This document shows positions 1-13,138 of a DNA stretch of 60,000 nucleotides, one piece after another. The DNA comes from Lytechinus pictus (lineage: Eukaryota), in assembly GCF_037042905.1 (NCBI RefSeq), contig NC_087251.1, positions 44,642,001 to 44,702,000 on the forward strand, written 5' to 3'. Made by a program: the position numbers and the translations under genes. The notes under the pieces are model-generated. The model saw only the letters and a program-made list of their open reading frames with translations, did not search any database and was not told the origin of the DNA. Each line of letters begins with the position of its first letter. The first letter of the stretch is position 1.

Positions 1-33
1 CCTCCGTACTGGAGACCAAATGCCGAGATCACG
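1..33 (+). CDS. ZFYVE1: ZFYVE1/DFCP1 internal coding exon, 3' part (PPYWRPNAEIT); the exon begins before the window
   Basis: Matches the 'PAYWRPNSQI' segment that precedes FYVE-1 of ZFYVE1. Donor gtaaga at 34; phase 0 joins the exon at 1563. Confidence 0.85.
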
Positions 34-1562
34 GTAAGATTCCAATTTTGCCCCCCTTTTTTCCAGCATCACTGTTTTATTCACTTTTACTGCCTAATGA
101 ATGCCAATGACAGAGAATGAACGTCATGTTCTTGACCTCCCAATCTCTTTATTCATTTATTTATTTCATATTTCCAGTTTTATTTTAACAGGGTAGCCTC
201 TTCAGTTGACAAACATGCTATCACTGGGGGCCCTGTTGAGGTGCTCATGATATTTATAATGTTCTTTCTCTTTTTCTCCTCCCTATTCAAGACCGACATA
301 AAAAGTCAGTGAACTTCATTGTGAATGACCCCACCTCCCAACTTGTATTAGTTCTTGTTTGAGTTTTTTCTTCTTAATCTTAACTAGTCTCTCTTTCCTT
401 CCCATTCACCACATTGTCAATTTGTTCCCTATAAATACCTATTTCTATCCAAAAAAAAAAGATTTGAGGTGTCTATACCCCAAATTGGCTAAAATTTGAA
501 GAAAAAAAATTGCCCGTTATTAATTTGTAAACTACTCTTTATAAACTTCCTTCAACAATGTAACTTTATGCCTTCTCATTGTCAATGACAGTTTAATAAG
601 AGTTTTTTTCACCTTGGTTACTTGATTGATTTAGTCTCTTATATATACAACCTGTTTTATTGTACATACTCAATCAATAACAATGATCTAGATTAAATAT
701 GGAAAAATTTGAACTCCTAATAAATGACTGTACTCGGAGTTCTATTTCTGTCTTTTTACTCAATGATGTAGTAATAATGGATCTAGTAAGACCATTCCTA
801 AACCCAGAAGCCAGTATCGAACATGCCATATCTCACACATTAGACATGACACTCCTGCATGAGGGACTCTTGCTTATCCCCCAAATCTCTTTTTCACACC
901 TGTATCACAGTCATGCTTCCCTATTTTGAATCTCAGGCATCTCTGCAATGTCCAAGACTTTATACCATTGTCCATACCTATAATTTAACTATGAGCATTT
1001 AAAGGGTCAAAGTATGAGTACTGTAAGCATTTTATTCCTGAGGTTGGAGGTCCTATAATTTCATGCTTTTGTGGTAATTTTCCACATCGTAGGAAATTAA
1101 ATAGAAAATTGCCTATGTTTTAAAGTTCATTCAAGTTTAAATGTATGTGGTAATTGGGTACCCTGAAAATATTGTAGCATAGTGAGTAGTACCGGTACCT
1201 TGACATGTATTGCTTAGTTCGATTGTAAGGGGTTTTATATTTGGAGAAGTATTTTGAGGAGTACGTCAGTTCGCTGGGAGCTGCGATGATGTGCAGTTGT
1301 AAGATGTAAAGTGAATAAAAATAAAAGTCTTCATCAAAGATCTCCCATGTTGTGTCCTTTGTGGTGGTGTGAGCGAGTGATCTGATATGATTTCAGAGGA
1401 ATGAGAGAGACAGAGAACGATCTCACGTTGCAGAGTGTTTTTGTCAGAGAATCTGCCGAAAATGAGATGCATGAGTAATGAGAAGCGTGGACAAAGTGAA
1501 TAAAGAGGTATTAGGCTCTACATATGAAAGTATAATTATATATCCCTTTTTCAATCCACCAG

Positions 1563-1737
1563 GCCTGCTATAGATGCGGCAAGAAGTTTGACGAGACGGA
1601 GAAGTTACATCACTGCAGGGAATGCGGGGAGGGATTCTGTGACGAGTGCTCACAGCATCAGCTACCGGTCCCGGAGAGAGGATGGGGACCCAAGCCTGTC
1701 AGGGTCTGTGATGGATGCTATCAAAAGAAGACATCGG
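1563..1737 (+). CDS. ZFYVE1: ZFYVE1 exon encoding the first FYVE finger (ACYRCGKKFDETEKLHHCRECGEGFCDECSQHQLPVPERGWGPKPVRVCDGCYQKKTS)
   Basis: Acceptor ccaccag (1562) and donor gtagga (1738). HHCRxCG and RVC FYVE motifs, plus the PVPERGWG signature of ZFYVE1. Confidence 0.95.
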
Positions 1738-2524
1738 GTAGGAGCTTTTACTATTCATAATACATGCGGGCAAATTGCGCCCTTAATGTGGCGTCAATCC
1801 TTCGTGTTAATCCTGAGAGATTGGTTGACCACCGTTGGTTGACCGCACCATGTATTAATCACCACCCTTGTTTCTCTTGCAAAGTTATCACAAACCTCAT
1901 TTAAACGATACAGTTCTGCGGGGATGACTTGGCATATGCTCCTGCGACATTTGCTCTGGTCCTGATGTCTCAGTATCTCAGCAGGCATAGGGTTAAAGTT
2001 GGGATTGTAGATTTTTGTATTCAGAATAATGTAAAAATAACGAGAAGGATTTATATAGTGTTTGAGGTTTGGTTTTGTATTTGGCTTAACGTGCAAATTT
2101 CCCATCGGAGCAATTGTCGCCGGAGCCAACGTCCTGGAACCCTCCTGGGGTCACGCTTGTAGATCAAGTGATCAATCCTTGTTCTTATCTGCACTTGGGA
2201 TTCATTGTTAAGTGACGTCGTTAGGGTTAAATATTTCTGTAATTTTTAAATTTCTCACTCGCGGTGCGTGCTATTCTCGGGAAAAGTTGTCAACTCATAA
2301 GGAAAAGAAGGCTTCTCAATATAACGCATGTTGATGACGCATGTATTATGAACCGCACATATTGAAACTGCATGTTTTGAACATTTTACTGCAGTCTCCA
2401 CTGGGAAATGCTGTTTCTTTCCTATTTTTGAGCAGTCCTCCCTATTTTCCAGTTACATGGATTGGGAGGTCTGTGTATGCTGTCAGGCATCCATATTGTT
2501 GAATTCACGAGAGGATAGGATAGT

Positions 2525-2816
2525 GGAGCGTCGTGGCCCAGTGAATTAGTCTCCGGCCTTTGAAACAGAGGGTCGTGGGTTCAAATCCCAGCCATGGCGT
2601 AATTTCCTTCAGCAAGGAGTTCATCCACAGTGTGCTGCACTCGACCCAGGTGAGGTAAATGGGTACAGGCAGGAAGTAACTCGTCAAAAATCTGTGTGCA
2701 CCTGAATAGGTAGCCTACATGTAGCTTAGCTGGTTAATAATAGTAGCAGGGCCCGATGGGAGAACAGTTTTCGGAACTGAAGTGGCTACCCTGGGTAAAT
2801 TTACCGTTATTATTAT
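2525..2816 (+). mobile_element. tRNA-derived SINE in a ZFYVE1 intron
   Basis: A-box tggcccagtg and B-box ggttcaaatcc; central cccaggtgaggtaaatgggtac block; (tta)n tail. A 3' fragment of the same family lies at about 14172-14240 (-). Confidence 0.85.
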
Positions 2817-2880
2817 ACTTGTACCTGATTGTGACATCAACCAAGTTCTGTAGAATGCAACGTTGTTTTCCTTACTCTAG

Positions 2881-3036
2881 ATGTTGGTGGTGGGAAGTTG
2901 CCTGCTATGGATGATCTCCAAGCCGAGCTAGAGAGTGCAATGACTGAAGAGCCGCAGCCGGTCATGGCCAGGAAGGTCGGAGAGGTCCTCCAGACAACCT
3001 TGGGCGTCATCGGAACTGCAGTCAACTACCCTGCAG
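2881..3036 (+). CDS. ZFYVE1: ZFYVE1 inter-FYVE linker exon (…VMARKVGEVLQTTLGVIGTAVNYPA)
   Basis: Acceptor ctctag (2880) and donor gtgaga (3037); phase 1-1, 156 nt. Resembles the ZFYVE1 'ARKVGEAVQNTLG' segment. Confidence 0.93.
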
Positions 3037-3764
3037 GTGAGATATTCAGGCTTATTCATCAAATCATTCATATATGGATCAGTCAATGATCATGGTAATA
3101 GGCAATGATAATGGATATGATACCTTGACACATTACTTAAAACATACTTTAGAAAAGCTATATCATTAGCGGTTTAGAGCATAAGTGACGTCAAATGCAT
3201 TGGGAGCTGAGAATAAATCAAAATTGATGAGTTTGCATACTTTTCCCCTTATAAACCATACTAATAGATATATGCTGTGGATCGATGATTTGACAGTCGT
3301 TTATTAAATGAAGAAATCTGTAAATCTGTGAAGATTGCTGTGTATGTATTCTCATTTCCTGAAATACATATGAATAATTTTTCAAAACTCAAGTGAAATT
3401 TTTATTTTATTATTTGAACATTGAAGTTTGGAGTTTTCCATGACAGTATTACCTGATAGAATGGTATGGAATGAAACCTCTCTTGAAGCAGACAAGAAAG
3501 ATGGTCTATGTGGACTAGGGGCCTGTTGCATAAAAGTTACTGTTATGTTGACTGTAACATCAAATGGTAATTTCCATAGTAACACTGCACAATGGCCAAT
3601 CAAAATAAAGCATTTCATGGAAATTACCATCGGATTGCAAAAATTACCATGATAATAACTGTTAGTACATATTTTATTAAGAAATGCAGTCCTTATGGAC
3701 AGAGGTTCTTTCTTTATTAATGTCAATAACGTAGGTTTATCTGTATTCTGTTTCAATCCACCAG

Positions 3765-3997
3765 GTATGTTGATCGAGGCTGCCAGGCCGGCATACTGGA
3801 TCCCTGACAGCGAGATCACACACTGCATAGCCTGCAAGGAGGAGTTCACCCCCAAGCTCAAGATCCACCACTGCAGAGGCTGCGGACAAGGCGTGTGCGT
3901 CGACTGCTCCGTGAGCAGGCGACCGGTGCCCTCTAGAGGCTGGGACATGCCAGTCAGGGTGTGCAGCCTGTGCAATGCCAAGGAAGGACAACTCTGA
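3765..3997 (+). CDS. ZFYVE1: ZFYVE1 last coding exon, second FYVE finger, stop TGA 3995-3997
   Basis: AARPAYWIPDSEITHCIACKEEF…HHCRGCGQGVC…PVPSRGWDMPVRVCSLCN; acceptor ccaccag at 3764. Confidence 0.96.
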
Positions 3998-5578
3998 AAT
4001 GCTGGGCGGAGGATGGACGGGAAATGGCATGGGTGGGATTCCAAATTGCTTATGCAGCAACACCCAACCTAGCATCATACTGTCCTTACTGGGTGATCAT
4101 AAAAGATGAGCATGACCAAGTCTCTGCATTTTTAAATGCAATACTTCATGCTAGCTTGAATGGCAACAGAAGCAGAAAGGTACCCAGTGGATTCTGGCAG
4201 CAACTTTCGGCCTCTTGTTAGTCACTGGACCTTTCGAGTATTGTGGCTCTTTTTCCAATGGCATAGAGCAGATTATATTGTGGAGTACGTTAAAAGGGTC
4301 AAGATAGGTTGAAAATCAAAAGGCTTAATCGATAAAACATATTTTGAAAGGCCTTAGAGATATTTTACTGTTGCCCCGTAGAACAAATTAAAAGACCGAG
4401 GCAAACGACCTGACATGGTGAGTGACGCGACTGGTCACTCATAACAACTAACATCACCTAACTAACTAACCATTTTGATAGATAAAGTATGAAGTATGGT
4501 TATGGGGTCACAACCATTGGCCCACACACTCATCAAGTTATGGGTTATATCAATCAGTATTATTGAAAGTTGAATAGGAGGTGGAAAAGATTCAACAGCT
4601 TCAATTTTTCAATCCATTTACAATTATAGCAATGTATAAACATTTTTGAGGTGTATATGTGTGTGTGTGTTGATGAATCTTTGCATATATACTATCAAGT
4701 TGCAGAATACCACTAATTTTGGGCTACCTGGTAATGCATATATTGTATGGTTGTACCACTGTCTCTTGAAGTTTATAATCCTGCAAATGCTGTTATATGT
4801 CTATGCTCATTATTAAAGGCTTCATACAACAGAGGATGTAACAATTAGATCATCTTAGATGGAGTGAGTCTAGACTACACTTGTAAGAAACATTTATTTT
4901 GTTCAGATGTTGGTATGTCAAACTTTGTCCAACACAGAGTCTATACATTCGAAAAGCATCCATCCGTTTCTCCAGGCTTCAATTTCAGTTCTGAGTAGGC
5001 ACATGCCAGTGGATACAAAGTACAGTTCTCCAAAGTTACGCAAAGGTTTCCTGAAGGAGGTGTTTTTTATTGATCTGGAGTTCGCTTAAATTTGATGACT
5101 TCGTTCATTAATTTTCCTTTTCTTAGGATCATTCATTGAACGATTTCTTAGTATGGTTCGCTTATGTGATAAGTAATTTCACATCCCGTTGGAGGTCAGA
5201 TTTCAATTAAAGAATATCACAGTCGTTCTTTCTTCTTAAAGTTTATGTTGACATAACCAGTTCATCAGTTATTCTCTGGTGGTGATTCAATTTTCTTTTC
5301 AAGTGCAATATTCTGTAGATATAATGGACATGACTAAATTATAGATGACCACTCGTAATTAAACTTGCCATTAATTTTTGTGTAGTTTCAATTGTTTTAT
5401 ATATTTTAATGAAATGGATGCTATTGATATGAAATTGATGATAAAAAAAGAATTTCATTGTTACATTCATATTAGATTAAACACACAGATTAAGTCATGC
5501 TGTACCTTGTTTACACAATTGTTCAGCATTTTATTGGGATAATTTGCTAACATTTTGTGATTTCTCATATATATACGT

Positions 5579-5623
5579 GTCATAGGTATATGTCATAGGT
5601 ATATGTCATAGGTATATGTCATA
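5579..5623. repeat. 13-bp tandem repeat (gtcataggtatat) x3.5
   Basis: Read directly from the sequence; lies just upstream of AATAAA at 5632-5637, a candidate ZFYVE1 polyA signal. Confidence 0.9.
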
Positions 5624-6288
5624 TATTTCCAAATAAAAATGTAAGGTGAAATGGGGAGATTCAAGAATGTTGCCGTTTTGTGTATTTTCATAATGTATGA
5701 ATAACCATATATTGAAGCAGAAGAAACTATATATTTCATGGACTGAAAGGTTTGCTGAGATAGACATGTGTAAAGTATATTACAAACAAATGATGTGTAT
5801 CTGTGAATGTGTGGTGTAATAGCTTGGGTGATTGAAAAACTGCGGCCATGAGAACAAAAAGCATATCGTTATGAATCTCTTATCTATTGGAACTAGATGG
5901 TCCTCATAGAGAGCCTTTTCAAAATGCAGAATTCACCAATTGCACTGGCCAAAGGTGAAAAAAAGAAAAACAACAAAAAGCTACACATTGCTTTTGTATG
6001 AATGTGCATGTATATTTCTACCTACTTAGTGTAAGAATATACATACTTGATATTGACAAGAAGCTTGTGGGCCTTATTCCACTTGCTAGTTCAGTGTGAA
6101 ATATACATTTTCACCACTTAATATTTTTGTGTCATTGTGGATCATGAAATGCTAATATAACTCACATACATCTCACTATTAAATGTCGCTCAATCGCATC
6201 ATTACAACACTAGTGCAAATATCTAAGGAATTGCTAGCTTACAAAATATATTCGAACTATAAGCTAAAGATCATCATTTACATGTAGC

Positions 6289-6625
6289 GGAAGCGTCGTG
6301 GTTTAGCGATTTTGACTCTTGCCTTGCAATCAGAGGGTCGTGTGTTCGAATCCCACCACGGCCTAGCGTCCTTTGGCAAGGTGTCAATCCACACTGCCAC
6401 TCTAAGTCCAGGTGTTAAATGGGTACCCAGTAGGATGTGAAAGCCTATGCAGTATGCCTGGCAATCAAGTCTTGGAACTCTTGTCGGAATGCTCCCCCGG
6501 GAGTAGAGTAGAGTAGCGCTTACTTTGCATGTGGGCATGCCAGGATCTAATGACCGGGGTAATATCTGTAAACTGCTTAGTGACGTTCCGATGTATTAAG
6601 CGCTATATAAAAGCGGATAATTATT
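6289..6625 (+). mobile_element. tRNA-derived SINE, full length
   Basis: B-box gttcgaatccc, block ccaggtgttaaatgggtacc, 3' end aagcgctatataaa; reverse-complement match to 25004-25344. Confidence 0.85.
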
Positions 6626-7134
6626 AGTGCCATCCCCTTCAAAGAGGTTGTTGGCTATGCACCCCCATTGCCTTCTGTTATGAACCCTTTTTCGAACTTC
6701 TTCATAAATTCTTCAGTTAGATACATGTACATTTATTTTAAATTTGCTTTTTTTTCAGATTATCATCATTTCAAATGGTATCATTCCCTTTTTTTGTTTC
6801 TGTCTTTTATTTCCAGTTCCACTCGAATGTTGCTTAATTACTTTCGTTTTTTATCATTTTAATGTGAGCTTAGGCTTTATATTTTCACATGATCTTCGGG
6901 TGTCATATGAAATGAGGAAATGGGCTTTTAATATATTGTAATCTGGTTGATAGAAGAACAATATGAAATGAACATTTCTTAGAATGGTTTACTTCCAATA
7001 ACACTTACCCATGGAGATACTAATCTCCATGTCTTAACCATTCAGCTGGTACATCGACTTCATATCTTTCTTCTGCATTCATTTTAGCCCCATTAACAGT
7101 TTTTGGAAGAGCTTCTTTTATTTTGAAAGCTTTA

Positions 7135-7295
7135 TACCTCGGTCACATTTGCTCTACGGCGGCCATACGGCAAGTCGAAAACAGCCGTTTAAAATTTGTT
7201 TGTACCAGCTATATATAGTGGGGTTTGGATAAAAATGAATAAAACGGCTGTTTTTGACTTGCCGTACGGCCGCCGTGGCAAATGTGACCGAGGTA
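7135..7295. mobile_element. PIF/Harbinger-like MITE, family 'tacctcggtcacatttg'
   Basis: About 55-bp TIRs with TTA target duplication; four copies in the window. Confidence 0.85.
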
Positions 7296-7527
7296 TTAGT
7301 AATGGAATATTTTGGTTATCAAACAAATGACTTGATGCAATTCCTGCAAATTGATAGAAATGTATCTTGCTGTTTTGATGCAGATTCTTTTAACAGGGGG
7401 AACATTAAAATATTGATATACAGAGTATAAGTTTTTCTACTTTAAGGGCTCAAAGAAAATGTATTTAAGTTTCAAGCTGGATCATAGTTTTGCAGTGAAG
7501 ATTTTTAAACATACCATCCTTCTCCAT

Positions 7528-8166
7528 GGCCCTATCTCATAAAGAGTTGTGATTGATCAGATCAAACTCAACTATGGAAATCCAATAATGTCATGATTTT
7601 TCATACTGGAAATTAGCACAATGCCCTCTGAAAACAAAGAGAACACTGACTTGTACAAGAAAATGATGCACGTATGTGTATACACCATATTCATAGAACA
7701 CTTTGATTGGGGCCCCATCTTACAAAGAGTTACGACTGATCCAATCAATTGTAACTCTATGGGAATCCATCAGTGTCATAATTTCTTCTACAGGAAATGT
7801 GCAAATATGAAATTGTCCTTTGTAAACAAAGGAGAACACACCGAACTGTCAAGAAATCAATGAATTTATGGATATAGGCCTACATTCAGATGTAGAAAAT
7901 TTGTTGAGCAAAAATGCATTTTATATATTGACTTTGCTGGCTTTCCAGAGTTAATAATTAGATCAATCTTTATCTAATGTACACAATGCCCCTTTGGAAA
8001 CAAAGGTAAGTACACTGACTTGTTAAGACAATGATACATAGAGGAGTATATATCATTTAGTAGACTGTCTGAGCTGGTATTTGTGTTCATTCAAGATATT
8101 GGGGTTGTTGGCTTTTCATAGATGTGATTGATTAGATCGATTGCAACTCTTTGTAAAACAGGGCCC
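7528..8166. mobile_element. Nested or tandem Harbinger-like MITEs, family 'gggccccatcttacaaagagtt'
   Basis: Left TIR copies at 7528 and 7709, right TIR ending 8166; same family as 42963-43238 and 53904-54177. Confidence 0.7.
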
Positions 8167-11137
8167 TAGTCACTTCACACTACAATATATATCATCAAAT
8201 GAACAAAACACCAGTACTAAGAGTAATCATATTTTTACTAACAAAAATAAAATATATTGCAAATTCTTCTTTGTCAGGGTACATGTGTAAAATGTAGGAA
8301 AAAAAAGATCAGCAAAATAAAGAGAAGTTTATTCATGAATGAAATATATATATATTATTGAGATCTTGTGATATTGCTTAATGTCTGCTTTGTATACATT
8401 AATAGCATAAAGTATTGAGATTAAAAACAAAGCTCTAATTACACTTCCATCAGTGTGTCTTTGTGCATTATTTGTAATTTTCAGGTTTGTAACACCGATT
8501 ATGAAAGCATCTTTGATACCTATTCAAAACGGTGACACTCACACTAATTACATACATACATGTATGTTCAAATTGCACATTGCACAGTTGCAATTTTATT
8601 TCTCACAAAACTCCAATTGTGCATTAAGTGTCTCTAAGCACAGAGGCCCGGCGAATCCACAAAGGTGGCTTCAATCGTACCACAGTATGAACTGGACACT
8701 ATTAAAGTTTGATAATAAATGTGTGCTTTTGGCAAAGTGCGCTAAATTCATGCTTGGATGAAGCACAATAATACAGGAAATCTCCATAGTCCATGGTTTT
8801 GAACCAAGGAACTACCTTTGTGAATTCGGGAAAAAAATAGAGCAGTTGCAATAGATTGTAAAAGTAATGGAATAAGCAAGCTCTACAATGTTTTGGTCTC
8901 ATACAGCTAAATGGTGATGCATAAGTCCAATTCTATCAGAAATTTAGCACCATTATGACAAATGGAAAATTAACCTAATGATGAGATATCTTATCCCAAT
9001 GGCTATCATTATGAATATATAATTGATATCATTTGAAAGCTGAAATTAATTTACATGAGCAATGTGCAAAAAAAATGCTGTAACCTTAGTAATAAGCCAA
9101 AATTTAGGTCAATTGATGTCATCCCCCACATTTGTACATAGGCTATGTAGACTTGAATTAGTGATAGATCAATACGCCATCACACGTTCATAGATGTAAG
9201 GATCGCATTATGTTATATTCAAGGTTTTGACGTCCCCTCTGTGAATATAACTGCATTGTAATGTAAACTTGTTTTCTTAAAGCTACATGCAATATTTAAA
9301 ATAACAAGTGCTTATCAGTGGAAAAAATTATTTTACAATTACAATTTTGATTCAAAACACTTCATCATGATAAACACTTTAATTAATAAACTTTCATCAT
9401 CTTTTCAGTTCTCTATATAAAGAAAAGTAGGCGTCTCCTCATATTTTAATCATTATTTTGTCAATCTGCTCTCAATAAAAATCTTTTCTTCTTCCTATTG
9501 AGTACAGTCCGTCATTGGCATACCATGATGTAAAATCCAGGCTATACTGCCCTAATATAATGTACTTCAAATTACCAGTATCATCTCTTTTTCTGTAGTC
9601 AAAGTTGTCAAAATATGAAAAAAGTCGAAATAGGAGAAAGATTGTAATAATGTACATATAATAATAATAACCAAAAATAGGTGACTACATGCCTGTCTAA
9701 CTGAGCTAACAGTAAAATATGTACATGGGACTATACAGTGGAATGCTTTCCATTATCATTGCACTATTGCTGTTAAAGGTAGCATATTTCATCAAGGCAG
9801 TGATTTCCTTTCATGACCCCTTCACCATGGCAGTAAAAAAAATAATAATTAAACAAAATGCAGTTTACACTTAGCATCACACTATACTACAAAGACAGAT
9901 GATAGGATAAAATTATGAACACAGATGTCATTCTTGATGATTACACCAAAAAGAGTTACATTCAGATTTCACATGGGAGAATATATATTGATATGATGAA
10001 ATAAGTTGCTGCAATCATATGATGCACTAAATCAGTTGTCAATCCACTTTATTTAGTTCTTGGGGGAAAAAATTTGAATAAACCTAATTTCATATAATAA
10101 AATACAAATCAAGCGAGGATATGACATCAAGTTGCTCATTGACTATTCATGAAGATATGTCCAAAACTGTTTCAACAGAAAATGCAAAACTTTAAAATGT
10201 CATTACTTTGTTATTCCTTGTCCGATTTTGATCAAATTTTCAGTGTTTTGTTTGTCTGATTTTTCTTTATCTGGTCAAATCATATTTACTTCAGCCTGGA
10301 GTATCCCTTTAACATGATTTGACCATCGCAGTGATGCTTTTAACACTGCACGCAACTGGGTATATAAGTGTCAGAATACAATCTTTGTGAGACACATCCC
10401 CCTAATGACATTGTTACAAAGAAATTACATTGTTACAATGAAATACATTTTCTTCCCATCCCTGTTCATGATGATGGGAATCATAAACATTTATGATTGA
10501 CCCTCTATCAGGGACTCAGTTTTATAATAATGAAGGGAGCAATAAAAAGCTCTCCTAAAACTTTTAAGGGGAGCACTACAAAATGCTATTCTTTGACATA
10601 CATGTACAAGCCCGGGGAGCTCTCTTGTCCGATTACAAAATGGATGGAGGAACGTACACTAAGTTACAACCCACAACCAAAGGAGATAAACAATCAGATA
10701 TAGCTTTATGCAATATTTATCTCATTGAACTTTTTTTAAATTTCATTCTTGCTTAAAATATAATTGTGTGTTATTTATAAAACCTTGACAGAGAATGAGG
10801 CTTTCAAGGTTGACTCTAACAGTTGATCATTGACTGACACTCTTGTTAAGCAATTGCTGAGGCGAGTGATAATTCGCTATACCAAAAATGGATTAAGGAG
10901 AGCGTTAGCGAGTGATCACTCTCACTCCCCTTAAAACTGAGTCCCTGCTCTATGTCTCTTGTAAATGAAATATATCTACCACTATTGCAAAAAATATGAC
11001 ATGACTTAAAAATATATGGAAAAGTAAAAACCACTGAAGGCACGAAGGTAACTGGTTTGGCAAGCTTTGGCATCGTCTAAAGCAGCGTAACATATCTCCT
11101 GCTCATACCCAAATATGAAGTAGTGGCTGCAACACTT

Positions 11138-11166
11138 TCACCGCTTCTCGAATGCGAGCTCTTGTC
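11138..11166 (-). CDS. TRPT1: TRPT1 exon 7 (RQELAFEKR*), stop TGA at 11140-11138
   Basis: Acceptor ttttgtag on - (11167); phase matches exon 6. Confidence 0.75.
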
Positions 11167-11316
11167 CTACAAAATATATATAATAACATGTATGCACATT
11201 ACTATGAATGCATGTGATATCAAATAAATGATTAATTGATGTATTCAGAGAGAAAAAGAAAGAAAGAGAGAAATTGGCATAATTTAGTACAACTCTGTTC
11301 CTATTCTGTATCTCTC

Positions 11317-11440
11317 ATTATTATTATTATTATCATTATTATCATCATCATCATCATCATCATTATTATTATTATATTATTATCATTATTATCATTATCA
11401 TTACTATTATTATCATTATTATTATCACTATTATTATTCT
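11317..11440. repeat. (ATT/ATC)n microsatellite
   Basis: Read directly from the sequence. Confidence 0.9.
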
Positions 11441-11630
11441 AGTTATCATTATAATTATTTCATTGGGCATTTTGCATAATAAAAAGTCAAATAAATTTCA
11501 ATATATATATATTTCAGAACTTGATTCTGTGTGCTCCTGGTAAAAGATTGGTTAATTTGTGTTATTGGTTTATAATACCTAACAATCTTTATTAATAAAT
11601 AGAATGGATCATGAATAATATTCAACTCAC

Positions 11631-11738
11631 TTGGGTTGACTTGGAGCACTCTACGGAAGTATCGAGTCTGAAGAATCCCATTTCTGTCACCTGGAGATAA
11701 TATCACGCCATTCTTGGATAAGAAAAACTTGATGCCAT
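11631..11738 (-). CDS. TRPT1: TRPT1 exon 6 (DGIKFFLSKNGVILSPGDRNGILQTRYFRRVLQVNP)
   Basis: Matches the Tpt1 'DGIPFFRSANGVILTPG' motif; AG and GTGAGT boundaries. Confidence 0.95.
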
Positions 11739-12010
11739 CTATCATTGGTAGAAAAATAATGAAAAAGAAATTATACACCGATATCTTCAGATTTAGTCTT
11801 CTTATTCTGACTTACAATGTAACAACAGTTAATTTTATTCCTACTGGTTAATGGTATACCAAAAACACAAATGTGCTTTAATGCATGCATACCAAAATTA
11901 ATAAGGAAAGACCATGATGTGCATAAAAAAAGGTTTAAATTCTTTTTAAAGACTTTTCTTTTTAAAGACTTAATTAGTGATGCCATACAGGAAATCTGTG
12001 GCATAGCATA

Positions 12011-12171
12011 GGGGTCACGGAAGCAGAGGGGGGGGGGGGGGGGCTGGGGGGCTTAAGTCCCCCCCCCACTTTTTTCCAAAGCCGTGTACAAAAACATAAA
12101 AATGACCATATGATTGTGATTTTTTGCATGGTCAGCCTCCCCCCACTTTGAAAACCGTTCCGCGGCCCCTG
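12011..12171. mobile_element. Short G/C-tract MITE (hAT-like) in a TRPT1 intron
   Basis: Ends ggggtcacggaa … ttccgcggcccctg, flanked by the direct repeat tagcata. Confidence 0.6.
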
Positions 12172-13081
12172 TAGCATAAGTTTTGACTGTGCAAACAGAA
12201 TCTTCTAGTTACAAGTAACCAATTATTGTGTCATATGTAGATATATTCATATTTTCGACCTGTTTCATAAAACAAATAATACATAGGTTTTCAATTTGAT
12301 GAGTTTTGATGTGTCTGGGTTATTTACAGTGTTGTGCAAAGGCACTTGGCAAGCCTCTTTCTTGCATTAGAGTCCAAACACATGCTCTCACCTGTGAATT
12401 GTTTGTATCTCATTTTTAAAACAAATGGCAATTAAAGTCTAATAAATTTGATTATTAGACCAAAAGGAATCAAGCCATGCAGCATTGGAATTAGACCAAC
12501 AATATATAAGACCTACACTCATTCCGAAAAGAATACTCTACTTTCTTGCCTTTCCATTTCACTTCTATTTCTATCTACTTTTATCTCAGTCCTTCCAGGA
12601 CTTTACACATGGTGTACCGTAAACCACTTCCGCGATTGTTCATACCACCATGCAAACCTTCATCCAAAGTGACCATAAACCACATATTTGTATATTTCAC
12701 CTGTGAGAATCAAAAAAACTAGCACATCAATGATGTAGAGCTCATCCCGCATCTCACAACGAAATTTAACACAATTTTAATTTCAGCCCAGTTGACACTG
12801 TAGTGAATGATATTGGTGACATAAATTGAGGATATAGAATTGAAATTGATGAAGAAATGACATAGAAGCAATTTTTTGTGATCTATGAATAAATTTCATA
12901 TAAATTTAAGCATAAATAATTTTTTAGTCAAAATTTATTAACTCTTTGTAGAACCCTATAGTGAACCTCATGTAGCTCTCAGATGGAACAAAAATAATCA
13001 AAATCAATACGCCAGTACAATATGCCACGGCATAAGCTCATCTGGCACTTTGGGCCGGATGAGCTGAAAAAAATCACTTAC

Positions 13082-13138
13082 CTTGTATTGCTGCATGAAG
13101 ATCAATGAAAATCATAATTTGGCAGGACCTCCGCATTC
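13082..13138 (-). CDS. TRPT1: TRPT1 exon 5 (GMRRSCQIMIFIDLHAAIQ)
   Basis: SGMR motif spans the junction; canonical splice sites, phase 1-1. Confidence 0.95.

Noticed and set aside
2525..2600. tRNA-like sequences here and at 6289, 25270-25344, 40942 and 57000-57072 as tRNA genes
   Set aside because: They continue into SINE bodies or are degenerate, and lack intact cloverleafs.
3382..4078. 220-aa and 113-aa minus-strand ORFs
   Set aside because: Antisense shadows of the GC-rich ZFYVE1 last exon.
11006..11140. About 43 open codons after the TRPT1 TGA (possible readthrough or selenocysteine)
   Set aside because: No readthrough context or SECIS recognised, and the length is compatible with chance.
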